A DNA stretch of 64,000 nucleotides. It comes from Planctomycetota bacterium. Its GTDB lineage: Bacteria > Planctomycetota > B15-G4. The translations under genes and the position numbers were made by a program. Below are positions 35,086 to 44,074 of this stretch, in pieces; within the stretch, counting starts at the first letter, position 1, and each line of letters starts with the position of its first letter. The stretch covers positions 101,956 through 165,955 of the forward strand of contig JACKHP010000009.1 in assembly GCA_020638905.1 (NCBI GenBank). The letters run 5' to 3'. The notes beneath the pieces were generated by a model. It was not told the DNA's origin, did not search any database, and saw only the letters and a program-made list of their open reading frames with translations.

Positions 35086-36072
35086 TCAGAGGTCGCGGTA
35101 CGCGAAGGCCTTGCGCAGCGATCCGGCCGGCGCGCCGTCGACCTCGACGTACGGGTAGACCAGGAAGTTCAGCGGCGGACCGGCCTGGCGCGGCTCGAGC
35201 AGCAGGTCGCGTCCTCGGCTGAAGGTCACGCGGTCGGCGGTCAGGTGCCCGAAGTAGTAGTCGGTGAGCTCGGGATGCTTGTCGGCCTCGGAGATGTCGA
35301 CCGGCAGCCAGCGTCCGTCGGCCAGGAACCAGGCCCAGCAGTGGTAGCCGCCCACGTCGCCGGAGGGCGCACCGCCGAGCGGGAAGCCGATCTCGAAGCG
35401 CGCGGGGATGCCTTCGCCGCGGGCCAGCGCGATGAACAGGCTGTGGAAGTCGGTGCAGTTGCCGAAGCCCGCGTCGCAGGCCCAACTGGCGTCACCGCGT
35501 CCCCAGGGCTGCCCTTCCGGCTTGTCGTACGTCATGCGCGCGTTCACCACGTCGTAGAGCGCGCGGGCCTTCGCGAGCGCGTCGCCCCGGGGCTCGCCGG
35601 CGGCGAGCAGCACCTCCTTCGGGTGGCCTCCCACGGGGACGAGCGCGTCGGCGCCGAGGAAGGCGGCCCCGTCGTCGCGTGCGGCTTCGGCGTTCGCGGG
35701 CGTGACCTCGCGGCGCGTGACGCGGTAGCGCAGCGCGAACGGGACCTCTCCCGCCGCGTCGGCGCGGGCCTCGACGTACAGCAGGCGGTCGCCGAAGCGC
35801 GCCTCGTCGGTGAGGCGCGCCTCGCCCGGGACGTCACGCGCGAGCAGCTCGACGTCCTGGTGCGCGTCCGACGTGGCGACCGGCAGCCACATGCGCACCG
35901 ACGCGCCGGGGAGCAGTCCCGTCACGGCGCCCGCGTAGTCGAACTCGAAGCGGCGCACGCGGGCGGACGCGTCGGACGCCGCGGGGCCGGACGCGTCGCC
36001 GCTCGCGCAGCCCAGCAGGCAGCCGAGCAGCAGCGCCGCGCACGCGCGGGCGGGGAAGGCGTCGATCGTCAC
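35086..36072 (-). CDS. Transglutaminase-like superfamily lipoprotein
   Basis: Lipobox LLLGCLLGC. The Cys-His-Asp core context is GNCTDFHSLFIALARGEGIPAR ... GYHCWAWF ... PVDISEAD. GTG start with AAGGAG 7 nt upstream. Confidence 0.8.
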   Translation of the reverse strand: MTIDAFPARACAALLLGCLLGCASGDASGPAASDASARVRRFEFDYAGAVTGLLPGASVRMWLPVATSDAHQDVELLARDVPGEARLTDEARFGDRLLYVEARADAAGEVPFALRYRVTRREVTPANAEAARDDGAAFLGADALVPVGGHPKEVLLAAGEPRGDALAKARALYDVVNARMTYDKPEGQPWGRGDASWACDAGFGNCTDFHSLFIALARGEGIPARFEIGFPLGGAPSGDVGGYHCWAWFLADGRWLPVDISEADKHPELTDYYFGHLTADRVTFSRGRDLLLEPRQAGPPLNFLVYPYVEVDGAPAGSLRKAFAYRDL

Positions 36073-36123
36073 GGGCGTGCTCCTTCGTCGCGGGGGACGG
36101 GCGCGCCAGGATACCGGGACGAC

Positions 36124-37404
36124 TCAGCGCGCGGCAGGCTCGACCCGTGCGGTGCGCGCCAGCGCGCGCTCGGCGGCGAGGCGTCCCGAGCGCAGGGCCG
36201 CGTCGATCGACGCCAAGCCGAGGTGGTCGCCGCACACGAGCAGCCCGGGACGCGGCTCGGCCACGTCGCCGTCGCCGTCCGGGCACGCGCCGGCGTCCTG
36301 CGCGGGGAGCGCGGCGGGCAGGTCGAGCGCGCGCAGCAGGCGCCACGCGGAGACCTCCTCGCCGAACCAGTCGCGCATCTGCGCGCGCACGGCGCGCTCG
36401 AGCGCCTCGCCCGACGGCGCGAGTTCGTCGAGCACGGTGGTCGAGACGATGTGCCGTCCGGGCGGGGCCAGGCCGGGCGAGAGCAGCGTCGGGACGACGA
36501 GGTCGTTCACGGGTCCGCGCCCTTCGCCGTCGAGCACGAGCCAGTTGCCCACCGGCGGCGCGTGGGGCGCGTCGAACTGCAGGCAGCGCACGCGACGCAT
36601 GGGCGGCGAGCGTCCCTGCCCGAGCAGCGAGGCGGCGGACGGGGCGTCGACCGCGAGCACGACCGTCGGCGCGGCGAAGGTGCGTCCGTCGGCGAGGGCC
36701 ACGGCGCCGTCGCGCACGGCCACGACGCGCGCGCCGGTGAGCAGCCGCTCCGGCGGCAGCGCGGCGGCGAGCGAGCGCGGGATGGCGTCCATGCCGTCGG
36801 CGGGGATGGCCGCGCGTCCGGACGCGAAGTGGCGCCAGACGAAGGCCAGCTTGCGCGCCGACGTCGTGAGCCCGCGCTCGAGGAACACGCCGCCCAGGAA
36901 CGGACGCAGGAAGGCCTCGATCATGCGCGGCGAGAAGCGCAGGTGCTCGAGCAGCTCGAGCGTCGGCACGTCGGGCACGTCGGCGCGCAGCCGGCGCGCG
37001 AGCCACGCCACGCGCCACTTGTCGTCGAGTCCGCCCACGGGTGCGCCGAGGGTGGCGGGGATGGCCGCCGGGTGCGCGAACGGATCGGCCAGCCGCACGA
37101 AGCGTCCGTCGACGCGCACGAGCGCGCCCTTCGCGAAGGGACGCAGGTCGAGCGCGTCGAAGTCGAGCTGCGCGCGGGCCTCGGCGTAGCTCGTGAGCAG
37201 CACGGAGAATCCGCGGTCGAGCCGGAATCCCTGCACGTCGTCGGTGGCGACCCGTCCGCCGGGCCGCGACGAGGCCTCGAGCAGCAGGGGACGCAGTCCG
37301 CCGTCGAGCAGGCGTCGCGCGCAGGCGAGGCCGGCCAGGCCGGCGCCGACGACGAGCACGTCGTGCGCGGGGGAGGCGTCGGATGGGGGACGGGGCGCGG
37401 ACAT
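36124..37404 (-). CDS. FAD-dependent oxidoreductase (amine oxidase/desaturase-like)
   Basis: The N-terminal dinucleotide fold is DVLVVGAGLAGLACARRLLDGGLRPLLLEASSRPGGRV. 426 aa. Confidence 0.8.
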   Translation of the reverse strand: MSAPRPPSDASPAHDVLVVGAGLAGLACARRLLDGGLRPLLLEASSRPGGRVATDDVQGFRLDRGFSVLLTSYAEARAQLDFDALDLRPFAKGALVRVDGRFVRLADPFAHPAAIPATLGAPVGGLDDKWRVAWLARRLRADVPDVPTLELLEHLRFSPRMIEAFLRPFLGGVFLERGLTTSARKLAFVWRHFASGRAAIPADGMDAIPRSLAAALPPERLLTGARVVAVRDGAVALADGRTFAAPTVVLAVDAPSAASLLGQGRSPPMRRVRCLQFDAPHAPPVGNWLVLDGEGRGPVNDLVVPTLLSPGLAPPGRHIVSTTVLDELAPSGEALERAVRAQMRDWFGEEVSAWRLLRALDLPAALPAQDAGACPDGDGDVAEPRPGLLVCGDHLGLASIDAALRSGRLAAERALARTARVEPAAR

Positions 37405-37444
37405 CGCGCGCCTGTTCGTCCAGGTTCGGGCCTTGGATGCGCGC

Positions 37445-38704
37445 TCAGTCGCGCCCGGGGAACGCGGACGGGTCGGCCCAGAAGCGCGCCGGGCAGTCCT
37501 TGCAGCAGAAGCCGAGCGCGCGTCCCTCGAAGACGATCACGAAGCGCGGGTCGACCGGGTCGCCCGAGACCGGGCAGCGCGTGTTCGACGGACGCAGTGC
37601 GGCCTCCGCCGCCGCGGCCAACGCCTCGGCCGACGCGGCCTGCCCGTCGTGGCGCGCGGTCTCCGCGCTCTCGGCGGACACAAGCGACGTCGCGTCGGCG
37701 GGCGCGCCGAGCACGATCTCGTCCTCGGTGTGCAGCGGCGCCTCGGTCTCGTCGCGTCCGTCGTGCACGACCAGGGCGGGACGCAGCGCGCGCAGCCGCT
37801 GCAGGTCGTCGTCGGAGAGGCCTGTGCCCCAGAGCGAGACGCGCTCGAGCCGCGGCAGTGCGGCGAGCGACGCGACGGCCGTCCCGTCGAGCGGCGTGCC
37901 GGTGAGGACGAGCACGCGCAGCGACGGGGCGCGGGCGAGCGCGGGCAGCCCGCGGGACGTGATGCGCGTGCGCGCCAGGTCGAGTCGCACGAGGCGCGGC
38001 ATGGCGGCCAGCGACGCGAGGGACGCGTCGTCGACGCGCGTGCCGGCCAGCGAGAGCTCGACCACGGCGTCGCGCAGCGGTGCGAGCCATCCCGCCAGGA
38101 TCGCGCCGTCGACGTCGGGACGCGAGACGCACGAGACCCACAGCAGGCCGGTGGACGGATCGTCAGTCTCGACGTGCACGAGCTCCTCGCGCAGGTGGGC
38201 CACGGCGGTCGGGTCCGGCACGATCGGCGCGGCGGGCGCGGCGCGCGTGCCGTCCCCGGCGGGTGCGCGAGGATCGGTTCCGCGCGTGTCGGCGGAGACG
38301 TCGTGCGGCGTCCCGGCGGCATCGCCGAAGGACGCGCCGGCCGCGATCCAGGCGCGCAGCAGCGCGCGCTCGGACGGCTCGGGCTGCGGCTTGCCGCGCG
38401 GCGGCATGTGGTCGTCGTCGTCCGCCGGCAGCTCGACGCGCCGCAGCAGCTCGCTCGCGTCGGGATCGCCGGGCACGAGCACGGCGCCCGACTCGCCCCC
38501 CGCGCGGATCGCGTCGGGCGTGTGCAGCGCGAGGCGCGCCTTGTGCTTCGCGGGACCGTGGCAGGCGCCGCAGCGCGACTCGAGCAACGGCGCGATCTGC
38601 TGCGCGTACGTGTCCGGAGCGTCCTGCGCGCGGAGCGCGAGCGACGTCGCGACGAGAGACAGCAGGAGGAGCGCCGAGCGCCTCGATCGTCGAGCACGCC
38701 TCAC
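37445..38704 (-). CDS. Secreted PSCyt1 (planctomycete cytochrome c) - leucine-rich repeat - YHS/TRASH-like protein
   Basis: GTG start at 38704 overlaps the DUF1501 stop (GTGA). Signal peptide ALLLLSLVATSLALRAQ, then CGACHGPAKHKARLALHT and LRR-like LxxLxLxxTxV/I repeats. The C-terminal CPVSGDPVDPRFVIVFEGRALGFCCKDCPARFWADP is YHS-like. Confidence 0.7.
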   Translation of the reverse strand: MRRARRSRRSALLLLSLVATSLALRAQDAPDTYAQQIAPLLESRCGACHGPAKHKARLALHTPDAIRAGGESGAVLVPGDPDASELLRRVELPADDDDHMPPRGKPQPEPSERALLRAWIAAGASFGDAAGTPHDVSADTRGTDPRAPAGDGTRAAPAAPIVPDPTAVAHLREELVHVETDDPSTGLLWVSCVSRPDVDGAILAGWLAPLRDAVVELSLAGTRVDDASLASLAAMPRLVRLDLARTRITSRGLPALARAPSLRVLVLTGTPLDGTAVASLAALPRLERVSLWGTGLSDDDLQRLRALRPALVVHDGRDETEAPLHTEDEIVLGAPADATSLVSAESAETARHDGQAASAEALAAAAEAALRPSNTRCPVSGDPVDPRFVIVFEGRALGFCCKDCPARFWADPSAFPGRD

Positions 38705-40158
38705 GCGAGCAGCTCCGGGCGCACGCGTCCGAAGACATCCGTGAGGCGGAAGTCGCGGCCCGCGTGGCGGTACGTGAGGCGCTCGTGGTCGAGTCCGAGC
38801 AGCTGCAGCAGCGTGGCGTGCAGGTCGTGCACGTCGATCGGGTTCTCGACGATGTTGTAGCCGTAGTCGTCGGTCCTCCCGACGGTGATGCCGGGACGGA
38901 TGCCGCCGCCGGCCATCCAGATCGTGAAGCAGCGCGGATGGTGGTCGCGGCCGTAGTTGTCCTTCGTGAGCGTGCCCTGGGTGTAGACGGTGCGTCCGAA
39001 CTCGCCGCCCCACAGCACGAGCGTGTCGTCGAGCAGGCCGCGCCGCTCGAGGTCGATCACGAGCGCGGCCTGGGCCCGGTCGACGGCGCCGCACTGGGCG
39101 CGGATCTCGCGCGGCAGGTTGCTGTGCGCGTCCCAGCCACGCATGTAGAGCTGGACGAAGCGCACGCCGCGCTCGGCCAGCCGGCGCGCGAGCAGGCAGT
39201 TGCTCGCGAAGCTGCCCGGCGTGCGCACGTCGGGACCGTAGAGCGCCAGCGTCTCGTCGCTCTCGGTCGAGAGGTCGACGAGTTCGGGCACCGACATCTG
39301 CATGCGGTACGCCATCTCGGCCTGGGCCACGCGCGCGTCGATCTCGGGATCGAGCGAGCGCGCGTGCTCGCGCGCGTCGAGCTCGGCCACGAGGTCGAGC
39401 ATGCGCCGCCGGTCGGCGCGCGCCACGCCCGGCGGGTCGGCCAGGTAGAGCACCGGATCGCCGCTGCTGCGCAGCCGGCAGCCCTGGTGTTCGCTGGGCA
39501 GGAAGCCCGAGCCCCAGAAGCGCGACGAGAGCGCCTGCATGTTGCCCAGGCCCTGGCTGATGAGCACCGCGAAGGTGGGCAGGTTCTCGTTGCTGCTGCC
39601 CAGGCCGTAGCTGATCCACGAGCCGAACGACGGACGCCCGGGTTGCTGGTGCCCGGTCTGGAAGAACGTGATGCCGGGCTCGTGGTTGATCGCGTCGGTG
39701 TGCATCGAGTGCACGAAGCACAGCTTGTGCGCGAGCGCGGCGGTGTGCGGCAGCAGCTCGCTGATCCAGATGCCGTCCTGCGCGTTCGCGTAGCGGCTGA
39801 ACCTGAAGATCGACGGCGCCACGGGGAAGCGGCTCTGTCCGCTCGTCATGCCGGTCAGGCGCTGGCCCTGGCGGATCGAGTCGGGCAGCTCCTCGTCGTA
39901 GCGCTCGCGCAGCCCGGGCTTGTGGTCGAACAGGTCGAGCTGGCTGGGCGCGCCCTCCATGTGCAGCGCGATGACGCGCCGCGCCCGGGGACGGAAGTCG
40001 ACGCCCGCGCGCCGCCGCGGGTCGCCGCCGAACGGCGCGGCCGCGCCCAGCAGCGAGCCGAGCGCCATCGACCCGAGGGCGCCCGAGAGGGTGCGCGCCG
40101 CGCTGCCGAAGAAGCGCCGGCGCGTCAGGTGCAGGAAGCGTTCCTCGCGGGGATCCAT
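38701..40158 (-). CDS. DUF1501 family (sulfatase-like) protein with Tat signal
   Basis: MDPREERFLHLTRRRFFGSAARTL carries a twin-arginine motif. DUF1501 hallmarks present: MEGAPSQLDLFDHKP, GRDHH, WMAGGGI. It starts 2 nt after the upstream stop. Confidence 0.9.
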   Translation of the reverse strand: MDPREERFLHLTRRRFFGSAARTLSGALGSMALGSLLGAAAPFGGDPRRRAGVDFRPRARRVIALHMEGAPSQLDLFDHKPGLRERYDEELPDSIRQGQRLTGMTSGQSRFPVAPSIFRFSRYANAQDGIWISELLPHTAALAHKLCFVHSMHTDAINHEPGITFFQTGHQQPGRPSFGSWISYGLGSSNENLPTFAVLISQGLGNMQALSSRFWGSGFLPSEHQGCRLRSSGDPVLYLADPPGVARADRRRMLDLVAELDAREHARSLDPEIDARVAQAEMAYRMQMSVPELVDLSTESDETLALYGPDVRTPGSFASNCLLARRLAERGVRFVQLYMRGWDAHSNLPREIRAQCGAVDRAQAALVIDLERRGLLDDTLVLWGGEFGRTVYTQGTLTKDNYGRDHHPRCFTIWMAGGGIRPGITVGRTDDYGYNIVENPIDVHDLHATLLQLLGLDHERLTYRHAGRDFRLTDVFGRVRPELLA

Positions 40159-40160
40159 GC

Positions 40161-43100
40161 TCAGTCCTGGGTCAGGGTCTCGTGCAGGTCGAGCACGGCG
40201 GAGGCCAGCATCGTCCAGGCGGCGAGCTCGGACGGCGCGAGGTCGTCGGCGGTGGGCGCCTCGCCCACGTCGACGAGCGCGCGCGCGGCCTCTGCGTCGT
40301 CGGCGTAGCGCGCGCGGAAGTCGTCCAGCGCGTCGGCCAGCAGCGCGCGGTCGCCCGCGTCCGGGTGCCGCGCCGTGACCCGTCGGAAGAGCCGCTCGAG
40401 GCGCGTCGCGTCGTCGCCGTCCTCGTGCAGCGTGCGCTCGGCCAGGACGCGCGCGGCCTCGACGAACTGCTCGTCGTTCCACAGCACGAGCGCCTGGAGC
40501 GGCGTGCTCGTGAGCTGCCGGCGCACGACGCACGACTCGCGCGTGGGCGCGTCGAAGGTCAGCAGCGCCGGCGGCGGGACGGCGCGCTTCCAGTACGTGT
40601 AGAGGCTGCGCCGCCACAGGTCGTCGCCCTGGCCGCGCTCGAACAGGCGCGTGTTCGACTGCAGCATCGCGACCTCGCGCCACAGTCCCTCGGGCTGGTA
40701 CGGCTTGACCGATCGACCGCCGAAGCGCTCGACGAGCAGTCCCGCGGCGTAGAGCGCCTGGTCGCGGATCGCCTCGGCGCCCAGCCGCCGGCGCGGGGAG
40801 CGCGCGAGCAGCCGGTTCTCGGGATCGATCTCGTCGAGCTCGGGACGCGCGCGCGACGCCTGGCGGTACGTGCTCGAGAGCACGAACGCGCGCAGCATGG
40901 CGCGCACGTCCCAGCCCGATTCGCGCAGCTCGACCGCCAGCCAGTCGAGCAGCTCGGGATGGCTCGGCGGCTCGCCCTGCAATCCGAAGTCTTCGGAGGT
41001 GCGCACGAGGCCGGTGCCGAAGACCGTCTGCCACAGCCGGTTGGCCTCGACCCGCGCGGTGAGCGGGTTGTCGTCGGACACGAGCCAGCGCGCGAGTCCC
41101 AGCCGGTCGCGCGGGAGCGAGGCGTCCATGGGCGGCAGGAACGCGGGCGTGGTGCGCGGCGCCGGACGGGTCTCGTCGGGATGGTCGTACTGTCCGCGCA
41201 CGAGCACGTACGTCTCGCGCGGCTCGGCGCGCTCGCGCATGACCATCGCGCGCGGGATCTCCGCCGCGAGCATCGCACGCTCGGAGCGGGCCGCGCTGCG
41301 CGCGTCGTCGAGCTCGCGGTAGCCCGAGAAGACCGCCCGGCGCCAGTCGAGCCACTGCTCGGCGCGCTGCGCGTCGGTGATCGCGTCGTCGGGCAGCAGC
41401 GCCGAGACGAGCTCGTCGTCGAGCCCGCCGGCGGACGGCTTCGCGCGGAACGAGAACGCGCCCGGTCCGCCGCTGTTCACGATCTTCAGCACGAGCGCGT
41501 TCGCGCCGGCGCGCAGCGGCAGGACGGCCTCGTCCTCGTCGAGGGTGAGCGAGCGGTCGACGCGGTTCTCGTGCACGAGCGCGCCGTTCACGAAGACCTG
41601 GATGCCGTCGTCGCTGCCCAGCGCCACCGGCAGCTCGCGCGCGTCCGGCGACCAGAGCGTGCGCGCCACGTACGTCGCGCCGAGGTCGCCGCCGAGTTCG
41701 TCGAGCACGCCGTCGGGGAAGCCCGCGAACGCGAACGCGCGGGCCTCGGCGCCGAAGGCCTGCGCCGAGGGCAGGCGCGTCACGTCCTCGGGGCCGAAGC
41801 GCGGCTCGTACGCGTCGCGCGGGTCGGGCGCGTCGGCGCCGAACGGTCCGCAGCGGTACCAGCGGCCGGCGGCCACGGGCAGCGCCGAGAGGTCGTCGAG
41901 CGGCGCGACGCGCACGCGCAGGCGTCCCAGCGAGTGCTGCTCGTAGGGCGAGCGGTAGCTGATCACGAGCCTGCACTCGGCGCCGCGGTCGTCACCGAAC
42001 GGCGCGTCGGAGAGCAGCAGCAGCGTGCGCGGTCCGGCGGCCTGGTTGCCGTCCGCGGCCCAGCCCGTGGCGTGGTCGCCGTCGAACGCCAGCCCCGGCT
42101 CGTAGTCGAGGTTCGTCTGGACGTGGTCGCTCCAGCCCCAGCGCAGCGGCACGTCGCGGTACGCGTCGTCGTCCGCCCCGCGCGGACGCGTCGCGAGCGT
42201 GATCTCGGAGATCACCGCGTTGCCGTGCGACGCGCGTCCCGGACCGGCGCTGCCGGTGTCGGGCGGCGTGAGGCACTCGAGCAGCAGCGCGCGCAGTCCC
42301 CCGCGCGGGACGTCGAGCAGCAGCTCGTGGTCCTCGTGCATGGCGTGCGGCCCCTCGACGAGCAGCGCGCCGTCGGCCTGCAGCTCGAGCGTGACGCCCG
42401 GTTCGGTCGAGCTCGCCGCGAGCACCTCGGGGACGATCCAGTCGACGCCGGCGCGTGCGCGCGTCTCGGCCAGGAAGCGCGCGCGCTGCTCGTCCTCTCC
42501 GGGGAGCGGCTGCTCGAGACGTGCGCCGAGGTCGGCGATGCGCGCGTCGAGCGCGTCGAGGCGCTGCCGCTGCGCGTCGCTGGGCACCTCGACGAACGGC
42601 TCGAACGCGCGGTTGCTGTCGGGGAGCTGCGAGTAGAGTCCCGGTTCGTCGATCGAGTCGAAGAACGCGACGAGCGAGTAGTAGTCCTGCTGCGTGAGCG
42701 GGTCGTACTTGTGGTCGTGGCAGCGCGCGCAGCCCGCCGTGAGTCCGAGGAAGACCGAGGCCGTCGTGTTCACGCGGTCGACGGCGTACTCGACCAGGTA
42801 CTCGTCGGCCAGCGCGCCGCCCTCGTCGGTGGTGACGTGGTTCCTGTTGAATCCCGAGGCCACGATCTGCGCCGTGCTCGCGTCGGGCAGCAGGTCGCCG
42901 GCGAGCTGCTCGACCACGAACTCGTCGTACGGCTGGTTGCGGCGCAGCGCCGAGAGCAGCTCGTCGCGCCAGGCCGAGGCCTGGCGTCCCGCGTCGGTGT
43001 GGATGCCGCTCGTGTCGGCGTAGCGCGCCAGGTCGAGCCAGCCCGTGGCGAGGTGCTCGGCCGAGCGCGAGCGGTACGGTTCCTCGCCGAGCAACCGGTC

Positions 43101-43832
43101 GACGAGTCGCTCGTACGCCGCGTCGGACGGGTCGGCCAGCCACGCGTCCTGTTCGTCGAGCGTGGGCGGGAGGCCGGTGAGGTCGAGGAACACGCGTCGC
43201 AGCAGCGTCTCGGCGTCGGCCGGAGGCGAGGGCGCGATGCCCTGCCGTTCGAGGCGCGCCAGCACGAAGCGATCGATCGGTCCGCGCGGCCAGCTCTCGT
43301 CGCGCACCGTCGGCGGCTCGGGACGCACCGGCGCGACGAACGCCCAGTGCGGCTCGTAGCGCGCGCCCTCGGCGATCCAGCGGCGCAGCGTCTCGCGCTC
43401 GTCGGCGGAGAGCGCGCGCTTCTTGGCCTCGGGCGGCGGCATGCGCTCGTCGGGATCGTCGGACGCGATGCGCCGCAGCAGCTCGCTCGCGTCGGGCTCG
43501 CCGGGGACGACGGCACGCACGCCGTCGCGCTCGGCGGTGGCCGACTCGGGCTGGTCGAGGCGCAGCCCCGCCTGGCGCGCGGCCGAGTCGGCGCCGTGGC
43601 ACTGCAGGCAGCGGTCGGAGAGGATCGGACGCACGTCGCGTCCGTAGCGCACCTCGCCCGCGGACTCGGGGCTCGCCGCCGGCGCGCCGCCGTCGTTCGC
43701 GTCGGTGAGCGCCTCGTCGGCGAGCGGTGCGGCGCCGAGCAGCGTGACGAGCAGCAGCGGCAGCGCGTGCGCCGCGCGGGTCGCGCGACGTCCGACGGAG
43801 AGGCGACCCTGGCGGTGCTGCGGACTCGGCAA
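40161..43832 (-). CDS. PSCyt1 / DUF1549 (PSCyt2) / DUF1553 (PSD1) multidomain protein
   Basis: 1223 aa containing RPILSDRCLQCHGADSAARQAGLRLD, IDRFVLARLERQGIAPSPPADAETLLRRVFLDLTGLPPT and CARCHDHKYDPLTQQDYYSLVAFF. The C-terminal DUF1553-type region includes YTYWKRAVPPPALLTFDAPTRESC. Confidence 0.9.
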   Translation of the reverse strand: MPSPQHRQGRLSVGRRATRAAHALPLLLVTLLGAAPLADEALTDANDGGAPAASPESAGEVRYGRDVRPILSDRCLQCHGADSAARQAGLRLDQPESATAERDGVRAVVPGEPDASELLRRIASDDPDERMPPPEAKKRALSADERETLRRWIAEGARYEPHWAFVAPVRPEPPTVRDESWPRGPIDRFVLARLERQGIAPSPPADAETLLRRVFLDLTGLPPTLDEQDAWLADPSDAAYERLVDRLLGEEPYRSRSAEHLATGWLDLARYADTSGIHTDAGRQASAWRDELLSALRRNQPYDEFVVEQLAGDLLPDASTAQIVASGFNRNHVTTDEGGALADEYLVEYAVDRVNTTASVFLGLTAGCARCHDHKYDPLTQQDYYSLVAFFDSIDEPGLYSQLPDSNRAFEPFVEVPSDAQRQRLDALDARIADLGARLEQPLPGEDEQRARFLAETRARAGVDWIVPEVLAASSTEPGVTLELQADGALLVEGPHAMHEDHELLLDVPRGGLRALLLECLTPPDTGSAGPGRASHGNAVISEITLATRPRGADDDAYRDVPLRWGWSDHVQTNLDYEPGLAFDGDHATGWAADGNQAAGPRTLLLLSDAPFGDDRGAECRLVISYRSPYEQHSLGRLRVRVAPLDDLSALPVAAGRWYRCGPFGADAPDPRDAYEPRFGPEDVTRLPSAQAFGAEARAFAFAGFPDGVLDELGGDLGATYVARTLWSPDARELPVALGSDDGIQVFVNGALVHENRVDRSLTLDEDEAVLPLRAGANALVLKIVNSGGPGAFSFRAKPSAGGLDDELVSALLPDDAITDAQRAEQWLDWRRAVFSGYRELDDARSAARSERAMLAAEIPRAMVMRERAEPRETYVLVRGQYDHPDETRPAPRTTPAFLPPMDASLPRDRLGLARWLVSDDNPLTARVEANRLWQTVFGTGLVRTSEDFGLQGEPPSHPELLDWLAVELRESGWDVRAMLRAFVLSSTYRQASRARPELDEIDPENRLLARSPRRRLGAEAIRDQALYAAGLLVERFGGRSVKPYQPEGLWREVAMLQSNTRLFERGQGDDLWRRSLYTYWKRAVPPPALLTFDAPTRESCVVRRQLTSTPLQALVLWNDEQFVEAARVLAERTLHEDGDDATRLERLFRRVTARHPDAGDRALLADALDDFRARYADDAEAARALVDVGEAPTADDLAPSELAAWTMLASAVLDLHETLTQD

Positions 43833-44074
43833 CGGGACCGTTCCTGCGGGGAGGCACCGTCGAGGCGGTCCGGTGCCGGAGCGGCGGGCATCGCGTGCGG
43901 AGGCCGAGGCTCCCGGCGCGACGTCGACGTCCCAGCATAAGGCCGGGAGGCGTCCTCGTCATGGCGCTCGCCGCTGGGACTCACGACCCACGAGCACCGA
44001 TCGGCAGCGCCGCTCGGCTATGCTGGCCGCCTGTTCGTCGTCCGAGCGCCACCGCCCCGGGGGGAATCCGCGCC

